Source: an uncultured Gammaproteobacteria bacterium (GTDB lineage Bacteria; Patescibacteriota; Patescibacteriia; UBA1558; S5-K13). Taken from it: a stretch of DNA of 64,000 nucleotides. A model generated the notes under the pieces. The model saw only the letters and a program-made list of their open reading frames with translations. It made no database searches and was not told the origin of the DNA. Every line of letters begins with the position of its first letter. The first letter of the stretch is position 1. The position numbers were made by a program, and so were the translations under genes. Location: the NCBI GenBank assembly GCA_964640635.1, contig CAZXFD010000001.1, forward strand, positions 96,163-160,162, in the 5' to 3' direction. Of the stretch, positions 38,036 through 47,190 are shown in pieces.

Positions 38036-38073
38036 GGGGCCTGACCCTTTTGGGGTCAGGCCCCTTTGTTTTT
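38036..38073 (+). terminator. Rho-independent terminator (12-bp GC stem GGGGCCTGACCC/GGGTCAGGCCCC then a T-run)
   Basis: Perfect 12-bp stem with TTTT loop, followed by TTTGTTTTT. Confidence 0.8.
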
Positions 38074-38138
38074 GGACTTGACCTTTTTTAAAAAGTCTGC
38101 TATATTCTGTTTAATAAAATAAAAAAGTGGAGGATACA

Positions 38139-38411
38139 ATGCTTACACACCAAGAAATTAAAAGCAAAATTACCCTGGAAAATGCTGATTCTAGCTGTTC
38201 CAGAGGTATGACAGTTACCAACTGTGTCGTGCTGGAGAGTGTTGAAGATATAAGCGGACATGACCTTGCTTATGTGCTGTCACAAGAATATCAGGACTGT
38301 TTTTGTATGTCTGCCCGGGAAGCCTATTTTCTTTTAAGAGTGGGCGCAGATACACAAAAACTTTACACGTATTTCACGTTAATTCAGCTTTGCGACAAAA
38401 AAGTCGCATAA
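38139..38411 (+). CDS. Hypothetical small cytoplasmic protein (~90 aa), higher-GC
   Basis: SD GGAGGA 4 nt upstream of the ATG at 38139 (the ORF track begins at a GTG at 38127). GC-rich codon usage unlike the host. Followed by a rho-independent terminator. Confidence 0.4.
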   Translation: MLTHQEIKSKITLENADSSCSRGMTVTNCVVLESVEDISGHDLAYVLSQEYQDCFCMSAREAYFLLRVGADTQKLYTYFTLIQLCDKKVA

Positions 38412-38428
38412 CACAAACCCTCATTTAT

Positions 38429-38454
38429 AGGCCATAGCAACATGGCCTTTTTTG
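38429..38454 (+). terminator. Rho-independent terminator after the small GC-rich ORF
   Basis: AGGCCAT-AGCAAC-ATGGCCT followed by TTTTTTG. Confidence 0.6.
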
Positions 38455-38486
38455 TTTGCCATAGTTTCAAATTATTGATAAAATAT

Positions 38487-38597
38487 TGTTAGCTACTTAG
38501 CGTGTTAGTTTCGTAGCTGCGTAGTTACGCAGCCTATTAGCTTCGTAGTTATATTATTATTTAATAATTGAATTTGGTTAAGAAACTACGTAGCTAA
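38487..38597. repeat. REP/BIME-like palindromic element cluster (TTAGCTTCGTAGTT ... CTGCGTAGTTACGCAG ... AACTACGTAGCTAA)
   Basis: Inverted arms TTAGCT(T/A)CGTAG around an AT-rich ~35-nt spacer plus an internal 16-nt near-palindrome. Immediately upstream of dCMP deaminase. Confidence 0.55.
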
Positions 38598-38618
38598 TTA
38601 GCTAATCAAACTAATAAC

Positions 38619-39143
38619 ATGGAAGAAAAAAAATACGATAGACCAACTTGGGATGAATATTTTATAAACATAACAGAAGAAGTAGCAAAAAGATCAAAGG
38701 ATCCATCAACAAAAACGGGTGCTGTTATAGTAGACAGTAAGCACAGACCTATATCTTTTGGTTATAATGGTTTTGTTGGAAACTGTGATGAATCCACCAT
38801 GTCATATGAGCGCCCAATAAAATATAATTTGATTATCCATGCTGAAATGAATGCTATTCTTTTTTCTAGACGAGATTTAGAAGATTGTATTTTGTATAGC
38901 CTTTACGCTCCTTGTGAAAATTGTTTAAAGCATATTATTCAGTCGGGAATAAAGCATATTATTTATAAAAATTTTGTTGTCGAAAGTAAGGCTGAACATA
39001 ATGAGGATTCTATGACAAACTCTGTTACTAATGAAGCGATTACAAGACTGCTATTATCTAGGCCCGACATAGATTGCCACAATGTTAATGGCGAAAGTTA
39101 TTTAAGAGAAATATGGGGAGATAAAATACCTAGCTTTCAATAA
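38619..39143 (+). CDS. dCMP deaminase (cytidine/deoxycytidylate deaminase family)
   Basis: HAEMNAI (H-A-E zinc motif) and PCENCLKHII (PCxxC). Confidence 0.8.
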   Translation: MEEKKYDRPTWDEYFINITEEVAKRSKDPSTKTGAVIVDSKHRPISFGYNGFVGNCDESTMSYERPIKYNLIIHAEMNAILFSRRDLEDCILYSLYAPCENCLKHIIQSGIKHIIYKNFVVESKAEHNEDSMTNSVTNEAITRLLLSRPDIDCHNVNGESYLREIWGDKIPSFQ

Positions 39144-39144
39144 T

Positions 39145-39738
39145 ATGTCTAAAATTATTTTTGGTTTTGTAGGAGAGATTGCATCTGGCAAGGGAACTGC
39201 GGTAAAATATATTGAAGAAAAATATGGAGCAAAATCTCATAGATTTTCTGATATTTTGAGAGATCTTTTAAATAGATTAGAAATAGATAAAACAAGAGAA
39301 AATTTGCAAGACATCTCGACTTTGATTAGAGAAAAATTTGGCCAAGACACTCTCGCAAAGGTTATAGCAGGGGATGTATCAAAAGATTTAGGAGAAATTG
39401 TTGTAGTAGATGGAATAAGACTTAAAGAAGATATTGAATATTTAAAAAAGTTGCCTAATTTCTATCTAATTCATATTTATGCAGATCCTGAATTAAGATA
39501 TAAAAGACTTTTAGATAGAGGTGAAAATGTAGGTGAAGATAAGATTTCTTATGAAGAATTTTTGAAATCTCAAGAAAATGAATGTGAAATTCAATTAAAG
39601 GAAGTATCAGAACAAGCCGATATAAAAATAGATAATAATGGAACACAGGAAGAGTTAGTAGAGAAAATAGAAAGATATATTCAAGAGAAATTAAGGGAAT
39701 TAAATCAAGAAACATCACAAGAATTTAAATTAAAATAA
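39145..39738 (+). CDS. P-loop nucleotide / (deoxy)nucleoside-monophosphate kinase-like protein
   Basis: N-terminal Walker A GEIASGKGT. Size and layout fit small dNMP / CoaE-like kinases. Paralogue of the next gene. Confidence 0.45.
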   Translation: MSKIIFGFVGEIASGKGTAVKYIEEKYGAKSHRFSDILRDLLNRLEIDKTRENLQDISTLIREKFGQDTLAKVIAGDVSKDLGEIVVVDGIRLKEDIEYLKKLPNFYLIHIYADPELRYKRLLDRGENVGEDKISYEEFLKSQENECEIQLKEVSEQADIKIDNNGTQEELVEKIERYIQEKLRELNQETSQEFKLK

Positions 39739-39742
39739 ACTT

Positions 39743-40321
39743 ATGAATAAGTTGATATGCATTGTAGGAATGTGCGGATCTGGCAAGAGCGAAGTGTCGG
39801 ATTTTTTTGTAAATCATGGTTTTTCTTATGTTCGTTTTGGTCAGATTACGCTTGATGAAATAAAAAAAAGAGAATTGGCAGTGAGCGAAGACAATGAAAG
39901 GACTATAAGAGAAGAATTTAGAAAAGAATATGGACAAGGAGCATATGCAATATTAAATATTCCAAAATTTGATGAGTTTTTACAAAATGGTAATGTGATA
40001 GGAGACGGGCTTTATAGCTGGTCAGAGTATAAAATTTTGAAAGAAAGATACGGAGAAAATTTTATTGTAATAGCGGTTTACTCTAGTCCAGATACAAGAT
40101 ATAATAGGCTGGAAAATAGAGCTGAAAAATATAGTGATGATAAGGAAAATAAGTTTCGTTCTATAGGTAGAGATAAGGCAAAGAGCCGTGATTATGCAGA
40201 AATAGAAAATATAGAAAAAGCAGGGCCGATAGCAATGGCTGATTATACTTTAGTAAATGAAACAAGTGTTGAAGATCTAAAAGAAGATTTAGAGAAAATA
40301 TATAATAAAATTTTTAAATAA
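39743..40321 (+). CDS. P-loop nucleotide kinase-like protein (paralogue)
   Basis: Walker A GMCGSGKSEV. Similar length and layout to the upstream gene. Confidence 0.45.
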   Translation: MNKLICIVGMCGSGKSEVSDFFVNHGFSYVRFGQITLDEIKKRELAVSEDNERTIREEFRKEYGQGAYAILNIPKFDEFLQNGNVIGDGLYSWSEYKILKERYGENFIVIAVYSSPDTRYNRLENRAEKYSDDKENKFRSIGRDKAKSRDYAEIENIEKAGPIAMADYTLVNETSVEDLKEDLEKIYNKIFK

Positions 40322-40753
40322 ATGAGCAACGTGAGCATAAAAATTAAAAAACTTAGAGAAGATGTTATTTTACCATCGTATGCTTTGAATGGAGACGCTG
40401 GAATGGATGTTTTTTCTTTGGATGATGTTGTAATAAATTCTGGTGAGAGGCATGTTTTTCCACTTGGTTTTGCGACAGAGATACCAAATGGTTATTGCGC
40501 TTTGATTTGGGATAAAAGTGGACTTTCTTCTAAATATGGTCTGAAGGTCTTGGGTGGAGTAATTGATTCAAATTATAGAGGAGAATATATGGTTTGTATT
40601 ATCAACTTAGGAGAAGATGTTTGTGAAATAAAAAAGGGAAATAAAATAGCTCAGATTTTAATACAGCCAATTATACAAGCTGAGTTTATAGAGGTTGAAA
40701 ATTTAAATGAGACAGACAGAGGATTAGGAAAATGGGGAAGCACAGGCAGTTAG
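40322..40753 (+). CDS. dut: dUTP diphosphatase (dUTPase)
   Basis: AGMDV (motif 1), GVIDSNYRGE (motif 3), C-terminal RGLGKWGSTG (motif 5-like). Confidence 0.85.
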   Translation: MSNVSIKIKKLREDVILPSYALNGDAGMDVFSLDDVVINSGERHVFPLGFATEIPNGYCALIWDKSGLSSKYGLKVLGGVIDSNYRGEYMVCIINLGEDVCEIKKGNKIAQILIQPIIQAEFIEVENLNETDRGLGKWGSTGS

Positions 40754-40809
40754 CTGTCAGCTTTCAGTTTTCAGCAATTAGCTAAATACTAAAATCTAAA
40801 TACTAAACA

Positions 40810-40827
40810 CCCACGCCTTTGGCGGGG
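40810..40827 (+). promoter_or_regulatory. GC hairpin CCCACGCC-TTT-GGCGGGG 12 nt upstream of the ThyX-like ATG (same motif as upstream of rplA)
   Basis: Seven base pairs with an A bulge. Same spacing and sequence as 36669-36685. Confidence 0.35.
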
Positions 40828-40839
40828 CAAACTAAACTT

Positions 40840-42141
40840 ATGGCCAAAATATTTGTTTTTGATGAGTTTAATCCAGAAGACAACGCAATGCTTCAAGCAC
40901 TTTATTCAAGAAGTGCAAGTAGTGTTGTAGATCATGTTGAAAAAGTAAGAAAATCTGGATCTGGAAAATTTATGGAAACTTTTTATCTTGGCTATGGTCA
41001 TTCAAGTATCGCTGATTGTGGAAGTACAACTATTTTTATAGAGAAACTTAGCATATTGGCTGACAAAGCTATTCAAGATTGGCCACTTTACAGTGGGCAA
41101 GAAACAAGTACTCGCTATATTGATATGTCTAAACAAGAAATTATAGATCCATTAGGAACTAAGGAATCAAAATTGATTTTACAAAGTTGGATGGATTTTT
41201 ATATTAATAGTCAAGAAACATTAAAAAATCATATAAAAGGGCTTTATCCAAAAAAATCTGATGAAGATGATAGTATTTATCAAAAGGCTGTTAATGCAAG
41301 ATGTTTTGATATAATGAGAGGATTTTTACCAGCAGGAATTACAACTCAGCTTTCATGGCATAGTAATTTGCGTCAAGCATCTGACAAGCTTTCTCTTATG
41401 CGCCACTGGCCACTTAAAGAGGTTAGAGAAATTTCAGACGGTATTTGGAACAATCTAAAAGAAAAATATTCTCATAGTTTCAGTAATGAATTGTTTGAAA
41501 ATCAAGAAAATTATAGAGAATATTTAATGAAAGAGTATGGTTATTACATTTCAGAAAAAATAGAAAACGATTTTTCATTTTATACTGACATAAAACACGA
41601 CGAGCTTGTAAAGTATTGTGACTTATTTGATAAAAGGTCTAGCAAAACAGGACTTCCACAATTTTTAGCAGAGCTAGGTATTGTAAGATTTGATTTTTTA
41701 CTTGATTTTGGATCTTTTAGAGATTTACAAAGACATAGAAATGGAGTTTGTCGCATGCCACTTCTCACACTAAAGCACGGTTTTAATGATTGGTATTTGT
41801 CACAACTACCAGAAGACTTGAAAGTTCAAGCAGAGGACTTGATAAAAACTCAAATAAACCGTATAAATAAATTAGAAATAAGCGAGGAAGAAAGGCAATA
41901 TTACATATCACTTGGATTTAATGTCGCTTGTCGTGTATCCTATGGTCTTCCAGGGGCATGTTATGTAATAGAACTCCGTTCTGGCACGACTGTTCATCCA
42001 ACACTTAGAAAAATTGCGCACAAAATGAGTAATGAGATTATGAAAATATTTCCAGAATTAAAACTTCAATCAGATATGAGTAAGGATGATTGGGATATAC
42101 GAAGAGGAACGCAGGATATAACAGTGAAGAATGAAGGATAA
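40840..42141 (+). CDS. Divergent, double-length flavin-dependent thymidylate synthase (ThyX / Thy1 family)-like protein
   Basis: NARCFDIMRGFLPAGITTQLSWHSNLRQASDKL resembles the ThyX R..LP...T / N.R.W.H region. S.Q.S.RY-like segment SGQETSTRY. An RHR motif (FRDLQRHRNG) lies in the C-terminal half. The ORF-track TTG start at 40819 overlaps a GC hairpin. Gene context is dUMP to dTMP. Confidence 0.45.
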   Translation: MAKIFVFDEFNPEDNAMLQALYSRSASSVVDHVEKVRKSGSGKFMETFYLGYGHSSIADCGSTTIFIEKLSILADKAIQDWPLYSGQETSTRYIDMSKQEIIDPLGTKESKLILQSWMDFYINSQETLKNHIKGLYPKKSDEDDSIYQKAVNARCFDIMRGFLPAGITTQLSWHSNLRQASDKLSLMRHWPLKEVREISDGIWNNLKEKYSHSFSNELFENQENYREYLMKEYGYYISEKIENDFSFYTDIKHDELVKYCDLFDKRSSKTGLPQFLAELGIVRFDFLLDFGSFRDLQRHRNGVCRMPLLTLKHGFNDWYLSQLPEDLKVQAEDLIKTQINRINKLEISEEERQYYISLGFNVACRVSYGLPGACYVIELRSGTTVHPTLRKIAHKMSNEIMKIFPELKLQSDMSKDDWDIRRGTQDITVKNEG

Positions 42142-42204
42142 AGTTTGAAGGATGAAGTAAAGGGGGTTATATTAAGATAATTTAATTAATAAAATAATTA
42201 AAAA

Positions 42205-42978
42205 TTGGAGGAAGGTAAAATGATTAAAGAAAAATTTGTCGTAATAGACGGTCTTGATGGAATTGGAAAGGGCACTGCAATAAGTGCTATTATTGATTTT
42301 TTATTATCACAAAATAAAAGAGTTTTGGACTTGGATAAATATTGGATTGATAAACATTTTCATCCAGATTTTGAAAATCCAAATTCTCCTTACTTTGTTG
42401 ATATTAATAGTTTTGATTTCATTGTTTCATCAGAGCCAACTTATTGCGGAATTGGTATGGCCATAAGGGATGAAGTTATTTCAAAAAATAGTAGAAAATA
42501 TTCAGCTAGATTTACAGCAGATTGTTATTCGCTAGATAGAGAAATACTTTATAAAAGAGTGCTTTTACCAGCACTAGAACTTGGTAAAATCGTTATTCAA
42601 TCAAGAAGTGTATCAACTTCAATAGCTTATCAATCTTTACAAGCAAAAGAAAGTAATGAAAGCTTAGGAGTTGATCAGATAATGGCGTTGGATGGAAATA
42701 GTTTTACTCTACTTTATCCTTTTGGACTCTTTATTATTCCAACCATAAAAGATGTATCTTCTCTTATGGAAAGACTCAGTAGTAGAGAAAAAAAAGATGA
42801 TTGTTCTTTTGAGAATATTGATTTTCAGCTCAAGCTTAAAGAAATTTATGAAAGCACTTGGTTTAGAGATGTTTTTGAAAGCAGAGGAGTAAAAATAGAA
42901 TACATCGATGCGAGTATCTCCATTGAAGAAACAAAGAAGCAGGCTCTAGATGTTTTTAGGAAGTATCTTGATATGTAA
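42205..42978 (+). CDS. Thymidylate kinase-like P-loop kinase
   Basis: VIDGLDGIGKGT resembles the Tmk P-loop (IEGxDGxGKST). Gene context with dut and the ThyX-like gene. Confidence 0.5.
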   Translation: MEEGKMIKEKFVVIDGLDGIGKGTAISAIIDFLLSQNKRVLDLDKYWIDKHFHPDFENPNSPYFVDINSFDFIVSSEPTYCGIGMAIRDEVISKNSRKYSARFTADCYSLDREILYKRVLLPALELGKIVIQSRSVSTSIAYQSLQAKESNESLGVDQIMALDGNSFTLLYPFGLFIIPTIKDVSSLMERLSSREKKDDCSFENIDFQLKLKEIYESTWFRDVFESRGVKIEYIDASISIEETKKQALDVFRKYLDM

Positions 42979-43038
42979 AAAACAATAAAAATAAAACACG
43001 AATAGATTAATGTTCGTGTTTTTTTTGATATATATAAT

Positions 43039-43869
43039 TTAAAACTTTACTATCAAAACCCTATCAAATCCGGATAGGTCTTTTTTTATTTCTATATCAG
43101 CTTTTGAAGTAAATAATTCTTTGATCTTTTTTGATATTGGCTCAACTTGTTCAGGGCTAATTTCTAGGAATAGATATTGTGGATTTATATTATATTCTTT
43201 TATTTGTTTGAATAGTTTGAAATAATGAACAAGTCCAGATTTCCCAGAATATAGCGCATTACAAGGTTCATGTTTTATAGACTTATCATCCCAGTCGCTT
43301 TTTACATAAGGAAGGTTTGCGACAATGATATTAATTTGGAAGTTTTTAAATTTATTAAGTAAATCGCTTTTTACAAATTTTATTTTTTTGTTTAACCCAT
43401 GTGCTCTAGTATTTTTTCTTGCCATATTTATAGCAAAGGCAGAGTTGTCGCTCGTTATTATCTTAGTGTTTTTTTGATTTTTAGCCAAAGATACTGCAAT
43501 AGCTCCAGAGCCAGTTCCAACATCTAGAATTGTTTTATCATTTGGTTGTAATTTCAATACTTCTTCAACTAGCAATTCTGTTTCAGGTCTTGGAATAAGA
43601 ACGTGTTTATTTACTTTGAATTTTAGTCCAAAAAAATATTTATAGCCCAATATATATGCAACAGGATAATGAGTCGTTCTTTTCAAAATAAGTTTTTTGA
43701 ATTTTTTAAATTGATTTGGGGATAGATTGAAATCAGAATTTGATAAAATCCATTCTTTTTTCTTTTTTATAGTAAAACAAAGTATTAATTCTGTATCTAC
43801 GTGATAGGAGTCAATATTTTTTTCTTTTAGGGTTTGAAATCCCCAAGATAGGGCATCTTTAATTTTCAT
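43039..43869 (-). CDS. prmC: Release factor glutamine N5-methyltransferase PrmC (HemK)
   Basis: SAM-binding VGTGSGAI and catalytic NLPY (NPPY variant). Overlaps the prfA stop, as is typical. Confidence 0.8.
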   Translation of the reverse strand: MKIKDALSWGFQTLKEKNIDSYHVDTELILCFTIKKKKEWILSNSDFNLSPNQFKKFKKLILKRTTHYPVAYILGYKYFFGLKFKVNKHVLIPRPETELLVEEVLKLQPNDKTILDVGTGSGAIAVSLAKNQKNTKIITSDNSAFAINMARKNTRAHGLNKKIKFVKSDLLNKFKNFQINIIVANLPYVKSDWDDKSIKHEPCNALYSGKSGLVHYFKLFKQIKEYNINPQYLFLEISPEQVEPISKKIKELFTSKADIEIKKDLSGFDRVLIVKF

Positions 43870-44914
43870 CTCTATAATATTCTTTTAATTTTTCCAAAAA
43901 TTCTTCAATGTCCCCATTTAAAAAACCTTCTAAATTGTGTGAAGTAAGATTAATTCTATGATCTGTAACCCTGTTTTGAGGATAATTATAGGTTCTGATT
44001 TTTTCAGATCTATCACCACTTCCTACTTGATTTTTTCTATCTTTATCAAGTATTGCTTGTCTTTTTTCTTCTTCCATTGCAAGAATACGAGATTTCAAGA
44101 TTTGCATAGCTTTTTCTCTATTTTGACCTTGAGATCTTTCGTCTTGGCAGGAAACAACAAGTCCAGATGGAATGTGTGTGATTCTTACAGCAGAGTATGT
44201 TGTGTTGACAGATTGGCCACCGGCTCCAGAGGAACAAAATGTATCGATACGCATATCTTTTTCTTCTACATTTACATCAATATCTTCTGCTTCAGGGAGT
44301 ACAGCTACGGTGGCAGCGGAAGTATGAATTCTTCCAGCTTTTTCTGTTTCAGGGACGCGCTGTACACGATGAGTTCCACTCTCATATTTCAAAGTTCCAA
44401 AAGCATTATCTCCGTTAATTTGAAATATCAATTCTTTAAATCCGTTTAATTCTGTTCTATTTTCACTTATTATTCCAACTTTCCAGCCCCTATTTTCACA
44501 AAATCTAGAATACATTTTGAATAAATCTCCTGCAAATAGTGCTGATTCATCTCCACCTGTTCCAGCCCTTATTTCCATGATGGCATTTTTTTTATCATAA
44601 GGAGATGATGGATTTATTAGTTCATCTGTGTCTGTTTCGAGTTTTTTGATCTTTTGTTCAAGCTCTGTTTTCTCTTTGTTTGCCATTTCAATAAGTTCTA
44701 TATCTTCTGATTTTATAGCATCCTCACATTCTGCCAACTGCTTTCTAAGTAGTTCTAGAGCATTTATATTGTCAGTAATTTTTTTGATTTCGGCATATTC
44801 TTTTGAAACCAATTTTAGCTTTGAGTTGTCATTAAAAATAGCAGGGTCTTGCATCTGTTGCTCAAGCTCTAGATATTTGGATTTTAATTCCTTTATTTTT
44901 TCTTCGTTTATCAT
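43859..44914 (-). CDS. prfA: Peptide chain release factor 1
   Basis: PET (PxT tripeptide anticodon motif of RF1) and [11 protein letters not shown] (GGQ). Confidence 0.9.
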   Translation of the reverse strand: MINEEKIKELKSKYLELEQQMQDPAIFNDNSKLKLVSKEYAEIKKITDNINALELLRKQLAECEDAIKSEDIELIEMANKEKTELEQKIKKLETDTDELINPSSPYDKKNAIMEIRAGTGGDESALFAGDLFKMYSRFCENRGWKVGIISENRTELNGFKELIFQINGDNAFGTLKYESGTHRVQRVPETEKAGRIHTSAATVAVLPEAEDIDVNVEEKDMRIDTFCSSGAGGQSVNTTYSAVRITHIPSGLVVSCQDERSQGQNREKAMQILKSRILAMEEEKRQAILDKDRKNQVGSGDRSEKIRTYNYPQNRVTDHRINLTSHNLEGFLNGDIEEFLEKLKEYYRDEN

Positions 44915-44988
44915 ATATTTATTGTACTAAAATTTTTAGTAAAACAAAAACACCTTAAAATAATATAGGTGTTTTTGCTTGTCTTATG

Positions 44989-45270
44989 TTATTTTTCCTC
45001 TTTTTTTGCTTTTTTTGCTTTTACTGCAGCAACTTTTACTTTCTTACCTTTTCTTACTTTGGATACATCCTCACTTTTCTTTAGTCTATTTTGGTATTTA
45101 TTGATAACACCTGAATCATCAATAAGCTTTTGTTTGCCTGTGTAAAAAGGATGGCATTGTGAACATAGCTCTACATATAATTCTTCTATTGTAGATCCAA
45201 TCTCAAAAGTATTGCCACATGTGCAAGTAACCTTTGTTTTGTAGTATTTTGGGTGTATTTCTTTTTTCAT
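44989..45270 (-). CDS. rpmE: 50S ribosomal protein L31 with Lys-rich C-terminal extension
   Basis: MKKEIHPKYY...CTCGN...CSQCHPFYTG (L31 Zn-ribbon). The ORF-track start at 45309 adds 13 unlikely residues. Confidence 0.85.
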   Translation of the reverse strand: MKKEIHPKYYKTKVTCTCGNTFEIGSTIEELYVELCSQCHPFYTGKQKLIDDSGVINKYQNRLKKSEDVSKVRKGKKVKVAAVKAKKAKKEEK

Positions 45271-45469
45271 TGATATGATATTATTTATAACTGAGTAGAA
45301 TATTAGCACAATACTTTATAAAAGGCAAGGTTTATCTATATTAAGGGGACTATGTTCTATGGGCGGGCCATTGCAATTTTTTTCGTATTATGCTAATATT
45401 TAAACACTTTAAGGCATATATTTAAATAAAAATAATGCTTATTTTATCATTTAATTTTAAGAATACAAT

Positions 45470-46150
45470 ATGAAAACAGTATCAATATTAGATCTTTTGA
45501 AGAGTGGAGCACATTTTGGACATAAAAAATCAAAAAGGTACCCTAAAATGGAGAAATATATTTTTGGTGTCAAAGATGGGGCTCATCTTATCAACTTAGA
45601 AGAAACAATTGTTTGTTTGGAAAATGCAGTTAATTTTGTAAAAAAGACGGTTGCATCAGGAAACAAAGTTTTGTTTATAGGTACCAAAAGACAAGCAAAA
45701 TCAATAGTTAAAGAGGCTGCAGAAAAATGTTCTATGCCATATGTTATTTCTCGTTGGCTTGGTGGAACGTTTACAAATTTTGCAAATATTTATAAATTGC
45801 CAAAGAAACTCACAACATTAGAAGAGGAGAAAGCAGCTGGAATTTATGATAAACATACTAAGAAAGAAAGACTTATTATAGATAGAGAAATTATAAAGCT
45901 TAAGGAAATGGTAGAGGGTATTAGAGAAATGGACAAACTTCCAGGTGCTATTTTTGTTGTCGACATTAAAGATGACAAAACAGCAATAGAAGAAGCAAGA
46001 AATAAGAAAATTCCTATAATTGCTATCACTGATACAAACACAAATCCAGAATTGGTGGATTATCCTATTCCAGCAAATGATGACTCTGTAAATACACTCA
46101 AATTAATTTCTTCTGTTATAAGCGAAGCTGTGTTGGAAGGAAAGAAATAG
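45470..46150 (+). CDS. rpsB: 30S ribosomal protein S2
   Basis: LLKSGAHFGHKKSKRYPKM and later S2 blocks. Conserved rpsB-tsf-pyrH order. Confidence 0.95.
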   Translation: MKTVSILDLLKSGAHFGHKKSKRYPKMEKYIFGVKDGAHLINLEETIVCLENAVNFVKKTVASGNKVLFIGTKRQAKSIVKEAAEKCSMPYVISRWLGGTFTNFANIYKLPKKLTTLEEEKAAGIYDKHTKKERLIIDREIIKLKEMVEGIREMDKLPGAIFVVDIKDDKTAIEEARNKKIPIIAITDTNTNPELVDYPIPANDDSVNTLKLISSVISEAVLEGKK

Positions 46151-46364
46151 GACTTCTTACAAATACGAAACTCTAAACTCAAAATTCTAAACAAACGATA
46201 AATCATAAATTCCAATGTTATAAACGGTTTATTGTTTCGGATTTAAAATTTCAATATTGTTTCGTATTTCGTGTTTCTAATTTAGAATTTATTGACCATT
46301 GTGTGTTAATTTAAAAAATATAAATTATCAGAATAAGTAATTTAAAATTAAAAATAAAAAAGTT

Positions 46365-47147
46365 ATGGATTTATCACAAATAAAACAGTTAAGAGAAATG
46401 ACAGGCGCTGGTGTAATGGATTGTCAAAATGCCCTACAAGAAGCAAATGGTGACATGGATCAGGCTATTGAAGTGCTTAGAAAAAAAGGTCAAAAAATGG
46501 CCGATAAAAAATCTTCAAGAACAGCAAAAGAGGGTGTTATTTCTATTTCAAGAAAAGATAATAAATTAGCAATAGTTTCTCTAAATTGTGAAACAGATTT
46601 TGTAGCAAGAAACGATGGCTTTATTGCATCAGGAGCTGAATTTGCAGATAAGCTACTTGAGTTTTCTTCTTTGGAAGAGTTTGAGGCTTTTGCTAATGAC
46701 AAAATTAAGAATGAACTTATTGTAAAAATTGGAGAAAATTTACAATTAGGTAAATGTGATATTGTTGAGTCTAGTGTTATGGATTATTATATTCATTCAA
46801 ATAGAAAAATAGCAGCAGTTGTTTGTTTAAAAAATGGAAATCAAGAACTTGCAAAAGATATTGCAATGCATATTACAGCAATGAACCCACAATATTTTAT
46901 GCCATCTGATGTTCCAAGTGAGGTAATAGAAAAAGAGAAAGAAATATACAGAGAACAACTTAAATCAGAAGACAAGCCAGCAAATATATTAGAAAATATT
47001 CTAAATGGAAAGATAGAAAAATTTTATAAAGAGAATTGTCTTATTAAGCAATCATTTATAAAAGATGATAAAGTGTCTATTGAACAATTACTTAAGAATG
47101 CTGGGGATAATGTAGAAATAGAAAAATTTACAAGATACAGCTTATAA
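46365..47147 (+). CDS. tsf: Elongation factor Ts
   Basis: N-terminal IKQLREMTGAGVMDCQNALQEANGDMDQAIEVLRKKG (UBA-like EF-Ts signature). Confidence 0.9.
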   Translation: MDLSQIKQLREMTGAGVMDCQNALQEANGDMDQAIEVLRKKGQKMADKKSSRTAKEGVISISRKDNKLAIVSLNCETDFVARNDGFIASGAEFADKLLEFSSLEEFEAFANDKIKNELIVKIGENLQLGKCDIVESSVMDYYIHSNRKIAAVVCLKNGNQELAKDIAMHITAMNPQYFMPSDVPSEVIEKEKEIYREQLKSEDKPANILENILNGKIEKFYKENCLIKQSFIKDDKVSIEQLLKNAGDNVEIEKFTRYSL

Positions 47148-47190
47148 TATATACTAAATTATAGTTTATTATTAACTATAATTTAAGTTT

